Source: a virus
UHGV virus genome: UHGV-0020835
Strand: one strand, 5' to 3'
Length of the DNA stretch: 64,000 nucleotides
Below are positions 19,584-29,667 of this stretch, in pieces. The notes beneath the pieces were generated by a model. That model had not been told where the DNA came from, searched no databases, and saw nothing but the letters and a program-made list of their open reading frames with translations. The position numbers and the translations under genes were made by a program. Position 1 is the first letter of the stretch; the number at the start of each line of letters is the position of its first letter.

Positions 19584-21182
19584 ATGGCTGAACAACTTGC
19601 CCTGATTCCTTTAAAGTCTGTTAAAAAAATGCAAATTTATATCACAAATTGTAGAAAAACCCTGTCTCAGGTAAAATTAGAAACTGGCGCTGACTATGTG
19701 CTGAATGGTGGTATGTGGAACCCAAATGGGACACCGTGCCCCATTTTAAAAACTGATGGTATTCTACGTTCCAAAGCGCCGTGGAAAGCATATGGTATTG
19801 GCTGGAGCAAATCAAATGCTGAAGATATTTCTATGATCGTAGATTATTCACAGTATACAAACTTTATTACTTGCACTCCGCTAATTGTAAATGGCAACAA
19901 GGTTAAAAAGCTATCTTATGCTTCTGCGCAAGGTGGGACGAGAGGACGTACAGCATTTGGTTTTACTAAAGATTCTATTGTTTTATACGCATCACAAGAT
20001 GGTTCATCTAACGCCAAATCTCCAGAAAAATTAAGAGATTATTTATTCAATAAAAACATTTCTAATGCAATTATGCTGGACTCTGGTGGCAGTTCAATGT
20101 GTTCTTTCCCATCTGGTAAGATTAAAGGGGACGGGCGCAAAGTACACAACTGGATCTTGGTATATACATCTAAAACAATCAATAAGGAGGGCACTATTCT
20201 GGATACCGGAAACAAAATTATTGAAGCATATATTACTAACAATCCAACTTATCGTTCTAAGGTCATTAGTAATAAAACCAAAATGATGCTACACAGCACT
20301 GGAACGCCGGGCGCTAAGGCACTAGCCTTTAGAAACAACATGAATTCAACTTCTGCCACAACTTCTGTTGAATTTGTTATTGATGATACAGGCATTTATC
20401 AACTTCTTCCTATTGGAATTAAATCTTGGCATTGTGGAGGGACAGCCAATAGCGCTTATATTGCTTGTGAAATTTGCGAACCGATTCAGACAAGAGTACT
20501 TGAAGCCAATTGGCTAGTGCTTAAAAAAGGTGGCAAAAACAATACTGTTTGGGCAGTAACAGCGCTACAAAAAGAACTAAACGCCAGGGGTTTTAATCCA
20601 AATGGTATTGACGGCTCTTTTGGAGCAGGGTGTGAAGCGGCCCTAAAAGCATTCCAAAAAGCCAACAATCTTACTGTTGATGGTATGTGTGGGCCGGGCA
20701 CTCTTAAAGCGCTACAAAATCGCAACGGAAGTTATTTAAATTATTCAACCTACCTATCTGAAACCAATAATTATTTTACAAATGTATATAATAAGGCGGT
20801 ATGGTTGTTTGCTGAAATTTTGAAAAGAGTAGGCGGCAACGCAAATGAAATTCTTTCTCATGCAGAAGGGTATAAAAAAGGAATTGCTTCTAATCATGCC
20901 GATGTAGGACATTGGTTCCCAATGCACGGGAAGTCAATGAATGATTTTAGAAAGGATGTGGCAATTGCTATGGGTGTTTATGTTCCAAATGATTCTAATT
21001 CTGACAAAAACTCTGACAAGAACAACGACAACAAAAACAATGTTTCAAATGTTGCCGATTGGGCGAAAGAAGCGTGGGACAAAGCAACAAATCTTAAAAT
21101 TATAGATGGGACGCGGCCCACTGGTTATATCACTAGGCAAGAAGTTGTGGTGATTTTAAATAATCTTGGTTTAATTAAATAA
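19584..21182 (+). CDS. multidomain cell-wall hydrolase / endolysin
   Basis: Central amidase-like region, PG_binding_1-like repeat (LQKELNARGFNPNGIDGSFGAGCEAALKAFQKANNLTVDGMCGPGT), an N/D/K-rich linker, and a C-terminal domain. The N-terminal about 200 aa may be a phosphodiester glycosidase-like domain. Confidence 0.5.
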   Translation: MAEQLALIPLKSVKKMQIYITNCRKTLSQVKLETGADYVLNGGMWNPNGTPCPILKTDGILRSKAPWKAYGIGWSKSNAEDISMIVDYSQYTNFITCTPLIVNGNKVKKLSYASAQGGTRGRTAFGFTKDSIVLYASQDGSSNAKSPEKLRDYLFNKNISNAIMLDSGGSSMCSFPSGKIKGDGRKVHNWILVYTSKTINKEGTILDTGNKIIEAYITNNPTYRSKVISNKTKMMLHSTGTPGAKALAFRNNMNSTSATTSVEFVIDDTGIYQLLPIGIKSWHCGGTANSAYIACEICEPIQTRVLEANWLVLKKGGKNNTVWAVTALQKELNARGFNPNGIDGSFGAGCEAALKAFQKANNLTVDGMCGPGTLKALQNRNGSYLNYSTYLSETNNYFTNVYNKAVWLFAEILKRVGGNANEILSHAEGYKKGIASNHADVGHWFPMHGKSMNDFRKDVAIAMGVYVPNDSNSDKNSDKNNDNKNNVSNVADWAKEAWDKATNLKIIDGTRPTGYITRQEVVVILNNLGLIK

Positions 21183-21186
21183 CCCC

Positions 21187-21215
21187 TTGACAACCTCCTT
21201 GTAACATGGTATACT
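21187..21215 (+). promoter_or_regulatory. sigmaA-type promoter (TTGACA-N17-TGgTATACT) bracketed by an inverted repeat
   Basis: Consensus -35 and extended -10. Inverted-repeat arms aacctccttgt (about 21191-21202) and acaaggaggttt (about 21226-21238); the downstream arm contains the RBS. Confidence 0.5.
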
Positions 21216-21243
21216 TAAACCATCAAACAAGGAGGTTTGTTTT

Positions 21244-21426
21244 ATGAAAATTGATGATGTCCTTCGCTATGGCACAATTCTTACAGATGATGAACTTTTT
21301 GACCGTTGCGACGACATGGCAGCAGAAGTCCGCATTAGATTGTTTAGTTATGAAAGCATTATCTATTATATCAAAATGATTAACGGTGAAGTTGAAGAAT
21401 TTAAGAAAGTAGGTGCTGTGGGATGA
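21244..21426 (+). CDS. hypothetical protein
   Basis: 60-aa ORF with an AAGGAGG RBS. Confidence 0.35.
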   Translation: MKIDDVLRYGTILTDDELFDRCDDMAAEVRIRLFSYESIIYYIKMINGEVEEFKKVGAVG

Positions 21427-21758
21427 TTGCTTTTGTTTATCTATGTGTTATGATTGTGCTAATCTTTAGTCTAAAATCAATACTTTCGGGCGTTTGTAAT
21501 GTTTCGTGGAGAACTTGTTTTAGTGGTTTAATGTGTTTGATTATTGGGCTAATTGCTTCATTTGTTCCAATCATGGAAACAACCAACGATTACATTCATG
21601 CAGAACCCCTCGCCTACAACCAAACTCAAACAGTATTTACTACTGAAGAAGGTACGTACCTCGTAGACGGCCTTTATCCAGATGGCATATATCTATTAAC
21701 CGTAGACGGTGAAGATGTACTTGTCGTATGGCAAGCAGTTGATGGTAAGGTTGGATAA
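21423..21758 (+). CDS. small membrane protein
   Basis: Two hydrophobic helices near the N-terminus. Confidence 0.4.
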   Translation: MIAFVYLCVMIVLIFSLKSILSGVCNVSWRTCFSGLMCLIIGLIASFVPIMETTNDYIHAEPLAYNQTQTVFTTEEGTYLVDGLYPDGIYLLTVDGEDVLVVWQAVDGKVG

Positions 21759-23971
21759 TGAGCATTAAAATTAAACTAAAACCTACCAAGCGGATTTTCT
21801 TTAATCCGTCTAACGGCTATAAAGTCCTAAGTTGTGAGCCTGTTGGTGATTACCCCAACCTAACGCTCAATCAATACAACAACTTTACTTTAGCTGGAAC
21901 CAACCTTGGTATGGTCGATGTGGGCGATGAATATGAGCTTGAAATCAGAGAGAACCAAAGGGCCAAATACCCAGCAAGCTATGTTCTGGTTGGGTTTGCT
22001 GATATTGATGTTAGTGCTGAGGGCATTAAAATCACACCTGAGCAAGAATTAAAAATCTTACGTCATATCTGTGACGGCAACCAACCTAAGTATGTTCATG
22101 AAGCCTACCCTGATTTTGTTCAGATGGTGCTTGATGGACGCGAAGAAGAAATCGACCACAAGAAAATTTACAATGTTGGCCCTGTTCGGTTTGAGGAATA
22201 TGTGAATAAAATCAAGGGCTATTTCACTACTATTCAATTCTTGCCTATTGCTTCTGATTGGGGTGTTGAGGAAAATAAAGATATTGAGAAGCTAATTAAA
22301 ATCTTTGCTACACCGACAGAGCTAAATCAAGCCCTTGAAAGTAGTCCTTATCACATCTTCTTTGATTTGCTTAATTATTCCTTTGACAAGTCTGATAGAT
22401 ATGTCTTAAACAAACGGCCTGATTTAATTGATTCCAAGGAGCGTTGTGAATTTGCTTGCTTAGCTATTCTGCAAGAGAATGAAGAAGAGGGCGATACAAG
22501 AATCTATACAGATTTGCTTAAAGAATTAGCTGAAGAAAAAGTGCCTGAGTGTGCTAAGTATGTAAAAGACGCTGTACGTAACAGCGAAAGAATCTATTAT
22601 GACGCGGAACAAGAATATTCCGGTAATAAAGCCACTTATGAGGCCGAAGTCAATATTGCCGAGAACATCCTTGACCGCCTCGCTTTAGAGGGAAAACAAG
22701 ACTGTAACTTAGGCATGAACGTTGATGATTTTACAAGCGTTGATGGGTTTGAGTGTACAGATGAGCAAAAGCAAATCCTTACCTTAGCCAATAAACACAT
22801 GGTTGCTATGCTTAGGGGTTATGGCGGCTCTGGTAAGAGTACAGTAATGAAGGCTTTTGTAGTAATGCTTGAAACCAATCACAAAGATTACACTCAACTT
22901 GCTCCGACAGGCAAAGCAGCAAAACGTCTAAGAGAAACAACGGGCCGACCAGCAAGTACCATTCATATGATATTGGCTCAAGACGCTCATATCGACTCTG
23001 ATTTTGTCATCATTGATGAGTGCAGTATGGTTGGCGTTCATTTATTATCTAAGCTATTTGATATATGCGAGTCTAATACACGATTTATCTTTGTATGTGA
23101 TGAAGCTCAGTTAGCCTCTATCTCTTGTGGCAACGTTGTGCAAGACATCATTGACTCAGGCGTTGTGCCTACGGCCACATTAACCAAGATTTTCCGGTAC
23201 GGCTCATCTGGCCTTGCTACTGTAGCTACTGACACCCGTGAAGGTAAGGTTGGCCCAAGACAAAACAGTAATTATCCTGATTACCAGTTTCTCTCTATTG
23301 GTGATAAGCCTATAGCACAAATCCTTGATGCTTATGAATCTCTACTTGACAAATACACTAAAGATGATATAATGATACTGTCCCCATTCAATAAAGGCCC
23401 AGTTGGTACGGTAGCAATCAATAAGACCATTCAGTCCAGATACAATCCAAACCCTGATACTAATGCTATTCGTAAGATAAGTGGCGGTGAGGAAATTATG
23501 TTTAAGGTGGGTGATAAGGTAATCAACACTCACAACGAATACCATTGCCCTTGTTTTAGGGTTGATGAAGATGGGTCTTTGGTTGAGAGTATGAACGACA
23601 TTATGGTTATGAATGGTGATATGGGCTATATTCGGTATATCAAAGAGACCGACACTGGCATTGTTATGGCTGTTGAGTTTGATACTGGTATGGCAAGAAT
23701 TTATGGGCCTTATATGAACAATCTACTGCTTGGGTATGCTATTAGTATTCACAAGAGTCAGGGTAGTGAAGCTAAAGCCGTAATCGTGATTACCAGCCCT
23801 ATGCACAAACGTATGCTAAGCAGCAATCTGTTGTATGTTGCTGATAGCCGTGCAAAAGAGCAGTTGATTGAGATTGGTGATGTTGAGACAATTAAAGAGG
23901 GCCTTAAACGGCATGAACAGAAAGAGCGAGATACTTGGCTCTGTGAGCTATTAAAGGGGGATAATAAATGA
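21758..23971 (+). CDS. RecD/TraA-family ATP-dependent DNA helicase
   Basis: Walker A GYGGSGKST, Walker B IIDECSMV, and a helicase C-terminal motif SIHKSQGSE. An N-terminal accessory domain of about 330 aa precedes them. Confidence 0.65.
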   Translation: MSIKIKLKPTKRIFFNPSNGYKVLSCEPVGDYPNLTLNQYNNFTLAGTNLGMVDVGDEYELEIRENQRAKYPASYVLVGFADIDVSAEGIKITPEQELKILRHICDGNQPKYVHEAYPDFVQMVLDGREEEIDHKKIYNVGPVRFEEYVNKIKGYFTTIQFLPIASDWGVEENKDIEKLIKIFATPTELNQALESSPYHIFFDLLNYSFDKSDRYVLNKRPDLIDSKERCEFACLAILQENEEEGDTRIYTDLLKELAEEKVPECAKYVKDAVRNSERIYYDAEQEYSGNKATYEAEVNIAENILDRLALEGKQDCNLGMNVDDFTSVDGFECTDEQKQILTLANKHMVAMLRGYGGSGKSTVMKAFVVMLETNHKDYTQLAPTGKAAKRLRETTGRPASTIHMILAQDAHIDSDFVIIDECSMVGVHLLSKLFDICESNTRFIFVCDEAQLASISCGNVVQDIIDSGVVPTATLTKIFRYGSSGLATVATDTREGKVGPRQNSNYPDYQFLSIGDKPIAQILDAYESLLDKYTKDDIMILSPFNKGPVGTVAINKTIQSRYNPNPDTNAIRKISGGEEIMFKVGDKVINTHNEYHCPCFRVDEDGSLVESMNDIMVMNGDMGYIRYIKETDTGIVMAVEFDTGMARIYGPYMNNLLLGYAISIHKSQGSEAKAVIVITSPMHKRMLSSNLLYVADSRAKEQLIEIGDVETIKEGLKRHEQKERDTWLCELLKGDNK

Positions 23972-24228
23972 AAAAGTATGAGATTGCTGAAACCGTGACG
24001 CACTATCACTCTATCGAGGTCGATGATGAAGTAGACATTTGTAATGTCATCAAAGAGGCTAAAGCCCTACTACATCAAGCCACTGGATTTGAGGCTATTG
24101 AAGAAGTGCTTAACAACTACCAGAACAAATATGGGTTTGATTATACAGTCAAGCCCAATTATTGTGGTACTTGCTCAGAGGGGCTTGAGATTGTTGGTTG
24201 TGAGGACGATAGCCCCGACCTTGATTAA
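23968..24228 (+). CDS. hypothetical protein
   Basis: 86-aa acidic ORF, translationally coupled. Confidence 0.4.
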   Translation: MKKYEIAETVTHYHSIEVDDEVDICNVIKEAKALLHQATGFEAIEEVLNNYQNKYGFDYTVKPNYCGTCSEGLEIVGCEDDSPDLD

Positions 24229-24331
24229 AGTTCATAAAATGTTTACATTTATTTAATATTGATGTAACATTTTTATGATATAATACACGTCCTACCTTAA
24301 CCGGTAGAATAAATATGAAAGGTCTGGTGCT

Positions 24332-25561
24332 ATGGTTATCCTAAAAAGAGACGGCAGACAGGTAGAATTTGATAGAAGCAAGATTTTCAATGCGGTTTAT
24401 AAGGCTTTTGAACAATTAAACAAGCCAAGTGACGAAGCCACACAAATTGCTGGCAAAATTGCGAATGAGATTGAGTCTGGATGTAAAGAAGGTAGTAGTG
24501 TAGAGGATATTCAAGACATCGTTGAAAAAAAGCTAATGGCAAGTAGTTATAAGGATGTGGCTAAGGCTTATATTAACTATCGTCAGCTACACAAGATGGC
24601 TCGTAATCAATATAAAGAACTCATGGATGCTGTTGGTGAAAAACTATCAGGGTCTAATATTGAGAATCAAAACGCCAATGTAGATGAGCATAGTTTTGGT
24701 GGACGTATGGGCGAGGCCACAAGAATCGTGACTAAGAAATTCGCCCTTGAGAACCTTGTGTCTCCTGTGGCCAAAGCTAATCATGAAAACAATGAAATCT
24801 ATATCCATGATCTTGACAGCTATGCCGTAGGCAACCATAACTGTCTATCTATTCCTTTTGATGATTTGCTTGCTAAGGGATTTAATACTAGACAGACAGA
24901 TGTAAGACCGGCTCAAAGCATCAATACAGCCTTTCAGTTGGTTGCAGTTATTTTTCAGTTACAGAGCCTACAAGAATTTGGCGGTGTAAGCGCAACCCAT
25001 CTTGACTGGACAATGGTTCCTTATGTGAGAAAGTCGTTCTGGAAACATTTCAAAGACGGCCTTGTTTACATTCAGAAGGAACCACGTCCCACCGATGACC
25101 ACTTCGACCCTAATTGCCCTATTAACGCAGAAATTTATAAACTGGCTGATGAAGCATATGACTATGCTATGGATATGACCACTAAAGAGTGCTATCAGGC
25201 CGTTGAGGGTATGTATCATAATCTGAACACACTACAATCTCGTTCCGGGAACCAGTTGCCTTTCACTTCAATCAACTACGGTACTTGCACATTGCCTGAA
25301 GGCCGTATGGTCACTAAAGCCCTGCTTGATACCTCTATCAAGGGTATCGGCAAGCTTCATCGTACAAGCATTTTCCCTTGCGGTATCTTCCAGTGTATGA
25401 AAGGTGTTAATCGTGAACAGGGCGACCCCAACTATGACCTATTTAAGTTAGCCCTTAAGTCCACTGCACAGCGCTTATACCCCAACTATGCCAATGTTGA
25501 TTGGTCTGGTAATGCTGGATATAATGTTAATGACCCCAAGACGTATTTTTCTACGATGGGT
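24332..25561 (+). CDS. nrdD: anaerobic ribonucleoside-triphosphate reductase NrdD, exon 1 (ATP-cone plus N-terminal catalytic part)
   Basis: N-terminal ATP cone ILKRDGRQVEFDRSKIFNAVYKAF. The exon ends ...YFSTMG before a U at 25561. Joining to exon 2 gives STMG-CRTANGWD, matching the SPMGCRS region of NrdD. Confidence 0.7.
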
Positions 25562-26377
25562 AAGCGGAAACTTAGCTCATCTAAAATCCTTATGAACCTT
25601 GCTAAAGGGTGTGTGGCTTAAAAAGCCATGCTAACGGATAGGACTCTATAGGAGTTGAGTCCGTGCTAAAATTCATCATAATACAAATATAAAAGAAAGG
25701 AGGATAATAATGACCTTAGAAGAATTTGATAAAATCACTAATGATTTTGTCCCCTTAAAAAGTACAGATGGACGGTTTGGTATTAACAAGTATGCTCAAA
25801 TCATAAACCTCAAAACAGGCCGACTTATTCATACTTATATCGGTGTAGATATGTATGAACACGTTGTTTTGTGTTACAAGGGTAAAAGATATAGGCAACG
25901 AGTTCATCGTCTTATGGCAGAAGCCTTTCTTAATAATTGTAAGGTTGTTGACCATAACGACACCATAAAAAACCATAATATTCTTTGGAATCTTAATCCA
26001 TCTACACGTTCTGAAAATATTGCCAAAGCCTATAAAGAAAATACTTATGTAAATCCACATAAAGGCCGTGGTATTTGGATTGTTGCGGAAAATAAAGAAA
26101 CTAAAGAAAAACACTTTTTTAAGAGTATGCGAGAATGTGAAAGATTTACTGGTGTAGACCGTCACAGAATCAAACATTTTCTCTTAAAGGAAAGAACTAA
26201 TCTTACCAACTTTAATTTTTATTATGATGAATGAAGTGTATCGACTATTTTCGGGGGAGTAACCCGGCAGCGGTAGTTTGTATCGCTGGTACGGCAAGAG
26301 ATTAGCACTTGCTGGAAGAGTAAGGACACCGAAAGGTGAAGATATAGTCAGTGCCGATGGTGACATCGGATAAAACG
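25562..26377 (+). mobile_element. group I intron (816 nt) in nrdD carrying an HNH endonuclease
   Basis: nrdD is split in two, with both exons in frame only after excision. The 5' exon ends in U and the intron ends in G. The arrangement parallels the T4 nrdD (sunY) intron. Confidence 0.6.
25710..26234 (+). CDS. HNH homing endonuclease (intron-encoded)
   Basis: HNH-type motif VVDHNDTIKNHNILWNLNPSTRSEN with its own AAGGAGG RBS. Located between the nrdD exons. Confidence 0.6.
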   Translation: MTLEEFDKITNDFVPLKSTDGRFGINKYAQIINLKTGRLIHTYIGVDMYEHVVLCYKGKRYRQRVHRLMAEAFLNNCKVVDHNDTIKNHNILWNLNPSTRSENIAKAYKENTYVNPHKGRGIWIVAENKETKEKHFFKSMRECERFTGVDRHRIKHFLLKERTNLTNFNFYYDE

Positions 26378-27358
26378 TGTAGAACCGCTAATGGCTGGGA
26401 CATCAACGGTCTTGGCCAACAGAAAGATGGCAGAGGTAATATTTGTCCCGTAACTATTATTATGCCCACTTTGGCTATGGAGACCAAGGAGCGAACAGAA
26501 CTCGCTAAAAATCCAAAGGAAGCTATTATTGATAGTTTTATAGATATTCTCGACCAAAAAATCCACGAAGCCAAAGATATGCTTATTGAACGTTTTAACT
26601 GGATTTGTAGCCAATCTCCTGAAGCAGCCAAGTTCATGTATGAAAACAATGTAATGGCTGGATATGTGCCAAAAGAAGGCATCCGCTCTGCCCTAAAGCA
26701 TGGCACTCTTGCTATTGGCCAGATTGGTCTTGCCGAGACTCTACAAATCTTGATTGGTCAAGACCACACCACCTCAGAAGGCATGGAAATCGCCAGGCGA
26801 ATTGAGCAACTGTTTAAGGATAGATGTGCCGAGTTTAAAGAAAACTATCATCTAAACTTTGGTGTTTACTATACCCCAGCAGAAAATTTGTGCTATACCT
26901 CAATGCAGAAGTTTAAGATTAAGTATGGTATTATCCCTAATGTTTCAGATAAAGACTTCTTTACCAACTCTATCCATGTTCCTGTGTGGAAACACATGAC
27001 TCCATTTGAGAAGATTGATATTGAGTCTCAGCTAACAGGCTATTCCAGTGCGGGCTGTATCACATATACAGAATTGGACAGCGGTGCCAAGAACAATCTT
27101 AAAGCCCTTGAAGCAATCGTCAACTATGCTATGGATAAGGATGTTCCTTACTTTGCTATTAACGTCCCCAATGACCAATGCATGAACTGTGGGTATTGCG
27201 ATGAAATGGATGATGATTGCCCTGAGTGCGGAAGTGAGGATATTAAGCGTCTACGGCGTGTGACAGGCTATCTAACCAATGATTATAAAACAGCATTTAA
27301 TGCCGGTAAACAACAAGAAGTTGAAATGAGAGTTAAACATCAGGAGTTCAATCAATGA
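26378..27358 (+). CDS. nrdD: anaerobic ribonucleoside-triphosphate reductase NrdD, exon 2 (glycyl-radical C-terminus)
   Basis: Four-Cys zinc site CMNCGYC...CPECG and the glycyl radical motif RRVTGYL. Confidence 0.7.
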   Translation, partial: CRTANGWDINGLGQQKDGRGNICPVTIIMPTLAMETKERTELAKNPKEAIIDSFIDILDQKIHEAKDMLIERFNWICSQSPEAAKFMYENNVMAGYVPKEGIRSALKHGTLAIGQIGLAETLQILIGQDHTTSEGMEIARRIEQLFKDRCAEFKENYHLNFGVYYTPAENLCYTSMQKFKIKYGIIPNVSDKDFFTNSIHVPVWKHMTPFEKIDIESQLTGYSSAGCITYTELDSGAKNNLKALEAIVNYAMDKDVPYFAINVPNDQCMNCGYCDEMDDDCPECGSEDIKRLRRVTGYLTNDYKTAFNAGKQQEVEMRVKHQEFNQ

Positions 27359-27870
27359 ATTATGCTAATATAATTTCTTGTGACATTGCCAACGGAGAGG
27401 GAATCCGCACTTCCCTCTTCGTGTCTGGCTGTACTAATCACTGTCAAGGGTGTTTTAACGAAGAGTCCCAAGATTTCAACTATGGCCAACTCTACACCCC
27501 CGAGACAGAACAAACTATCCTTGAACAAATCTCTAAACCTTATGTTGCTGGTCTAAGTATCCTTGGAGGAGACCCCCTATGTCAAGACTCCGAGGGGAAG
27601 CTTCAATTACTACATCTAATTCAAAAAGTAACCAAACTACACAAAACAATTTGGCTATGGACAGGATTTATTTGGGAAGAAGCTATTAAAGAGCCTCTAA
27701 ATCGCAGTTTATTTGGTTGGTGCGACGTGGTAGTAGACGGGCCATTTATTGAAGCCCAAAAAGACCTAACTTTAGCTTTTAGAGGCTCGTCTAACCAACG
27801 TATAATTGATACACAAGAGACCTTAAACCAAAATAAAATTATAATTTATAAAGGAGAGTTTCATGATTAG
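27355..27870 (+). CDS. nrdG: anaerobic RNR activating enzyme NrdG (radical SAM)
   Basis: Cys cluster GCTNHCQGC plus N-terminal SCDIANGEGIRTSLFVSGC, typical of NrdG. Confidence 0.75.
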   Translation: MNYANIISCDIANGEGIRTSLFVSGCTNHCQGCFNEESQDFNYGQLYTPETEQTILEQISKPYVAGLSILGGDPLCQDSEGKLQLLHLIQKVTKLHKTIWLWTGFIWEEAIKEPLNRSLFGWCDVVVDGPFIEAQKDLTLAFRGSSNQRIIDTQETLNQNKIIIYKGEFHD

Positions 27871-28078
27871 CGAAATTACAGATATTAATGTGTATCTAGG
27901 CCAATTTTGTTTTGAACGACTACTATGCAACCTATCTATTGAGGCAGATATTATCCCACACAAGGGCGACTTTATCTTTTATAACGATGAAACCTATAAG
28001 GTCATGTATTGTATGTTAGACGTAGACCATGGTGAATATTCTGTCTTTGTGCGTGTAGCAATCGAGGAGGACTTTTGA
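27863..28078 (+). CDS. hypothetical protein
   Basis: 71-aa ORF, translationally coupled. Confidence 0.35.
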   Translation: MISEITDINVYLGQFCFERLLCNLSIEADIIPHKGDFIFYNDETYKVMYCMLDVDHGEYSVFVRVAIEEDF

Positions 28079-28614
28079 TGGTTGAGCTTAAAAAGTGGCC
28101 AACGGACGTAGATTGGGCTTGGTGCAAAGAATGTTGTCTTAATACAGTAGGCAAGACCTCTACCACACTTCCTACGGAAGAATGGAAGCGTAAGCTAATT
28201 GCGGCAGAACATAGCCCCCTAAGAGAACTATGGTTCGGCATTAAGATGACCATCCCTTATTATATTAGTGTCCATTTTGTTCGTCATCACATTGGATGTA
28301 ACCACTATGTTCAGTCCCAACGCAATGACCGACAAAACAAGTATGACCGTAATAAGGCCCCACAAGACGAACCGGTAAACCATGTTATGTCTATTAACGC
28401 TCAAGAGCTTGTGTTTATGGCTCATAAGCGTCTATGTAATCAAGCCTCTCCTGAGACTCGTGCTGTGATGCGAGAAATCGTAGATAAAGTTACTGAAAAA
28501 TGCCCTGAATTTAAGGACTTTCTTGTCCCGCTATGCGAGTATAGGGGCGGGGTCTGCACAGAATTTTACCCCTGTGGATATAATAAAACAATTAAGGAGA
28601 AAAGCAATGGTTGA
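28075..28614 (+). CDS. thyX: flavin-dependent thymidylate synthase ThyX-like protein (RHH variant)
   Basis: HFVRHHIGCNHYVQSQRN aligns with the ThyX signature RHRxxxxxxxSxRY. The upstream SPLRELWFGIKMT matches the ThyX SPFEHxxFTFH block. Located beside dut. Confidence 0.5.
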   Translation: MMVELKKWPTDVDWAWCKECCLNTVGKTSTTLPTEEWKRKLIAAEHSPLRELWFGIKMTIPYYISVHFVRHHIGCNHYVQSQRNDRQNKYDRNKAPQDEPVNHVMSINAQELVFMAHKRLCNQASPETRAVMREIVDKVTEKCPEFKDFLVPLCEYRGGVCTEFYPCGYNKTIKEKSNG

Positions 28615-29056
28615 GGTCAAAGTAAAACGCCTATCAGAAACAGCAACATTGCCCACATATGGCTCTACTAAAGCCGCTTGCATGGACTTATATGCCGATG
28701 TAAAATCCCTTGGTGTGGATAAGATTTATCTCGGTTCCGGCGATTGCTACAAAATTCCTACTGGTCTTGCCTTTCAGCCCCCTGTTGGTTTCTGTGGTTT
28801 AATCTTTGCTCGGTCTGGCCTATCTGTTAAAAAAGGGCTTAGACCTAGTAATGCAGTGGGCGTTGCAGATGAAGACTACACAGGCAATTACATTGTCGCC
28901 TTATATAATGATTCAAACGAAACCCAAGTCATTGAGCATGGTGACAGAATCGCACAGTTAATGTTTGTGCCATACTATCAAGCCAACCTGATTGAAGTAG
29001 ATGCACTTGACTCTACTGAACGTGGTGATGGAGGTTTTGGGCATACGGGCAAGTAA
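28607..29056 (+). CDS. dut: dUTP pyrophosphatase
   Basis: dUTPase motifs GLIFARSGLS, GVADEDYTGN and the C-terminal RGDGGFGHTG. The start was moved to the ATG after AAGGAGAAAAG. Confidence 0.8.
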   Translation: MVEVKVKRLSETATLPTYGSTKAACMDLYADVKSLGVDKIYLGSGDCYKIPTGLAFQPPVGFCGLIFARSGLSVKKGLRPSNAVGVADEDYTGNYIVALYNDSNETQVIEHGDRIAQLMFVPYYQANLIEVDALDSTERGDGGFGHTGK

Positions 29057-29083
29057 ATGATTGTCAAGGCTAACTAAACATCG

Positions 29084-29130
29084 AAAAAAATAGGGAACTT
29101 AGACAGAGTAAAATCCATCTAAGTTCCCTA
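29084..29130. terminator. bidirectional rho-independent terminator between convergent modules
   Basis: A7 run, then a 13-bp inverted repeat tagggaacttaga...tctaagttcccta, then T-rich sequence. Lies between the dut stop and the last minus-strand gene. Confidence 0.6.
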
Positions 29131-29148
29131 TAATTATATAATTATATG

Positions 29149-29667
29149 TTAGCCACCTTCAGCAACAAGCTCGACTTCAACAGTTTGGTCTCCGTTGTTC
29201 ACAACAGCCTGAGTCTTGGTAGTAAAACCAGTCTTACTCACAGTCAGAGTATAACTATCGCCAAGCCCAGAAAGTAGGAAGGTATTGGTTGTACCAGTAA
29301 TAGGAGCAACCTCAGCACTGTCAACATCAGTCACCTTAATAGTAGCATCAGAAGGGGTCGCATTAACAGTCAGTACAAAACCGTCCTGTAAGCTCACAAC
29401 ACCCTTAGATAGCTTAAAGAAACGGCCATCAAGACCAACACCGCAATTGCCCCTAATGGGAACAGGAATGCCAACTTCTTCCCCTTCGCTGTTATGTAGA
29501 GTAATTACTTTATTACTTGTAGTGAACAGAGCACCATCCCAACGCTGACCACAAGTAGACACAGCCTTAGTTGCATCAACAGTTGTTGCATTAACATCAC
29601 AAATAATACCATTGATAGTTTTTAATGTTTTTGAATCCAGTCGGATTCCTCCGCAAAATTTAGCCAT
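29149..29667 (-). CDS. structural-module hypothetical protein
   Basis: 172-aa Thr/Val-rich beta-type ORF at the distal end of the tail gene block. Confidence 0.4.
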   Translation of the reverse strand: MAKFCGGIRLDSKTLKTINGIICDVNATTVDATKAVSTCGQRWDGALFTTSNKVITLHNSEGEEVGIPVPIRGNCGVGLDGRFFKLSKGVVSLQDGFVLTVNATPSDATIKVTDVDSAEVAPITGTTNTFLLSGLGDSYTLTVSKTGFTTKTQAVVNNGDQTVEVELVAEGG

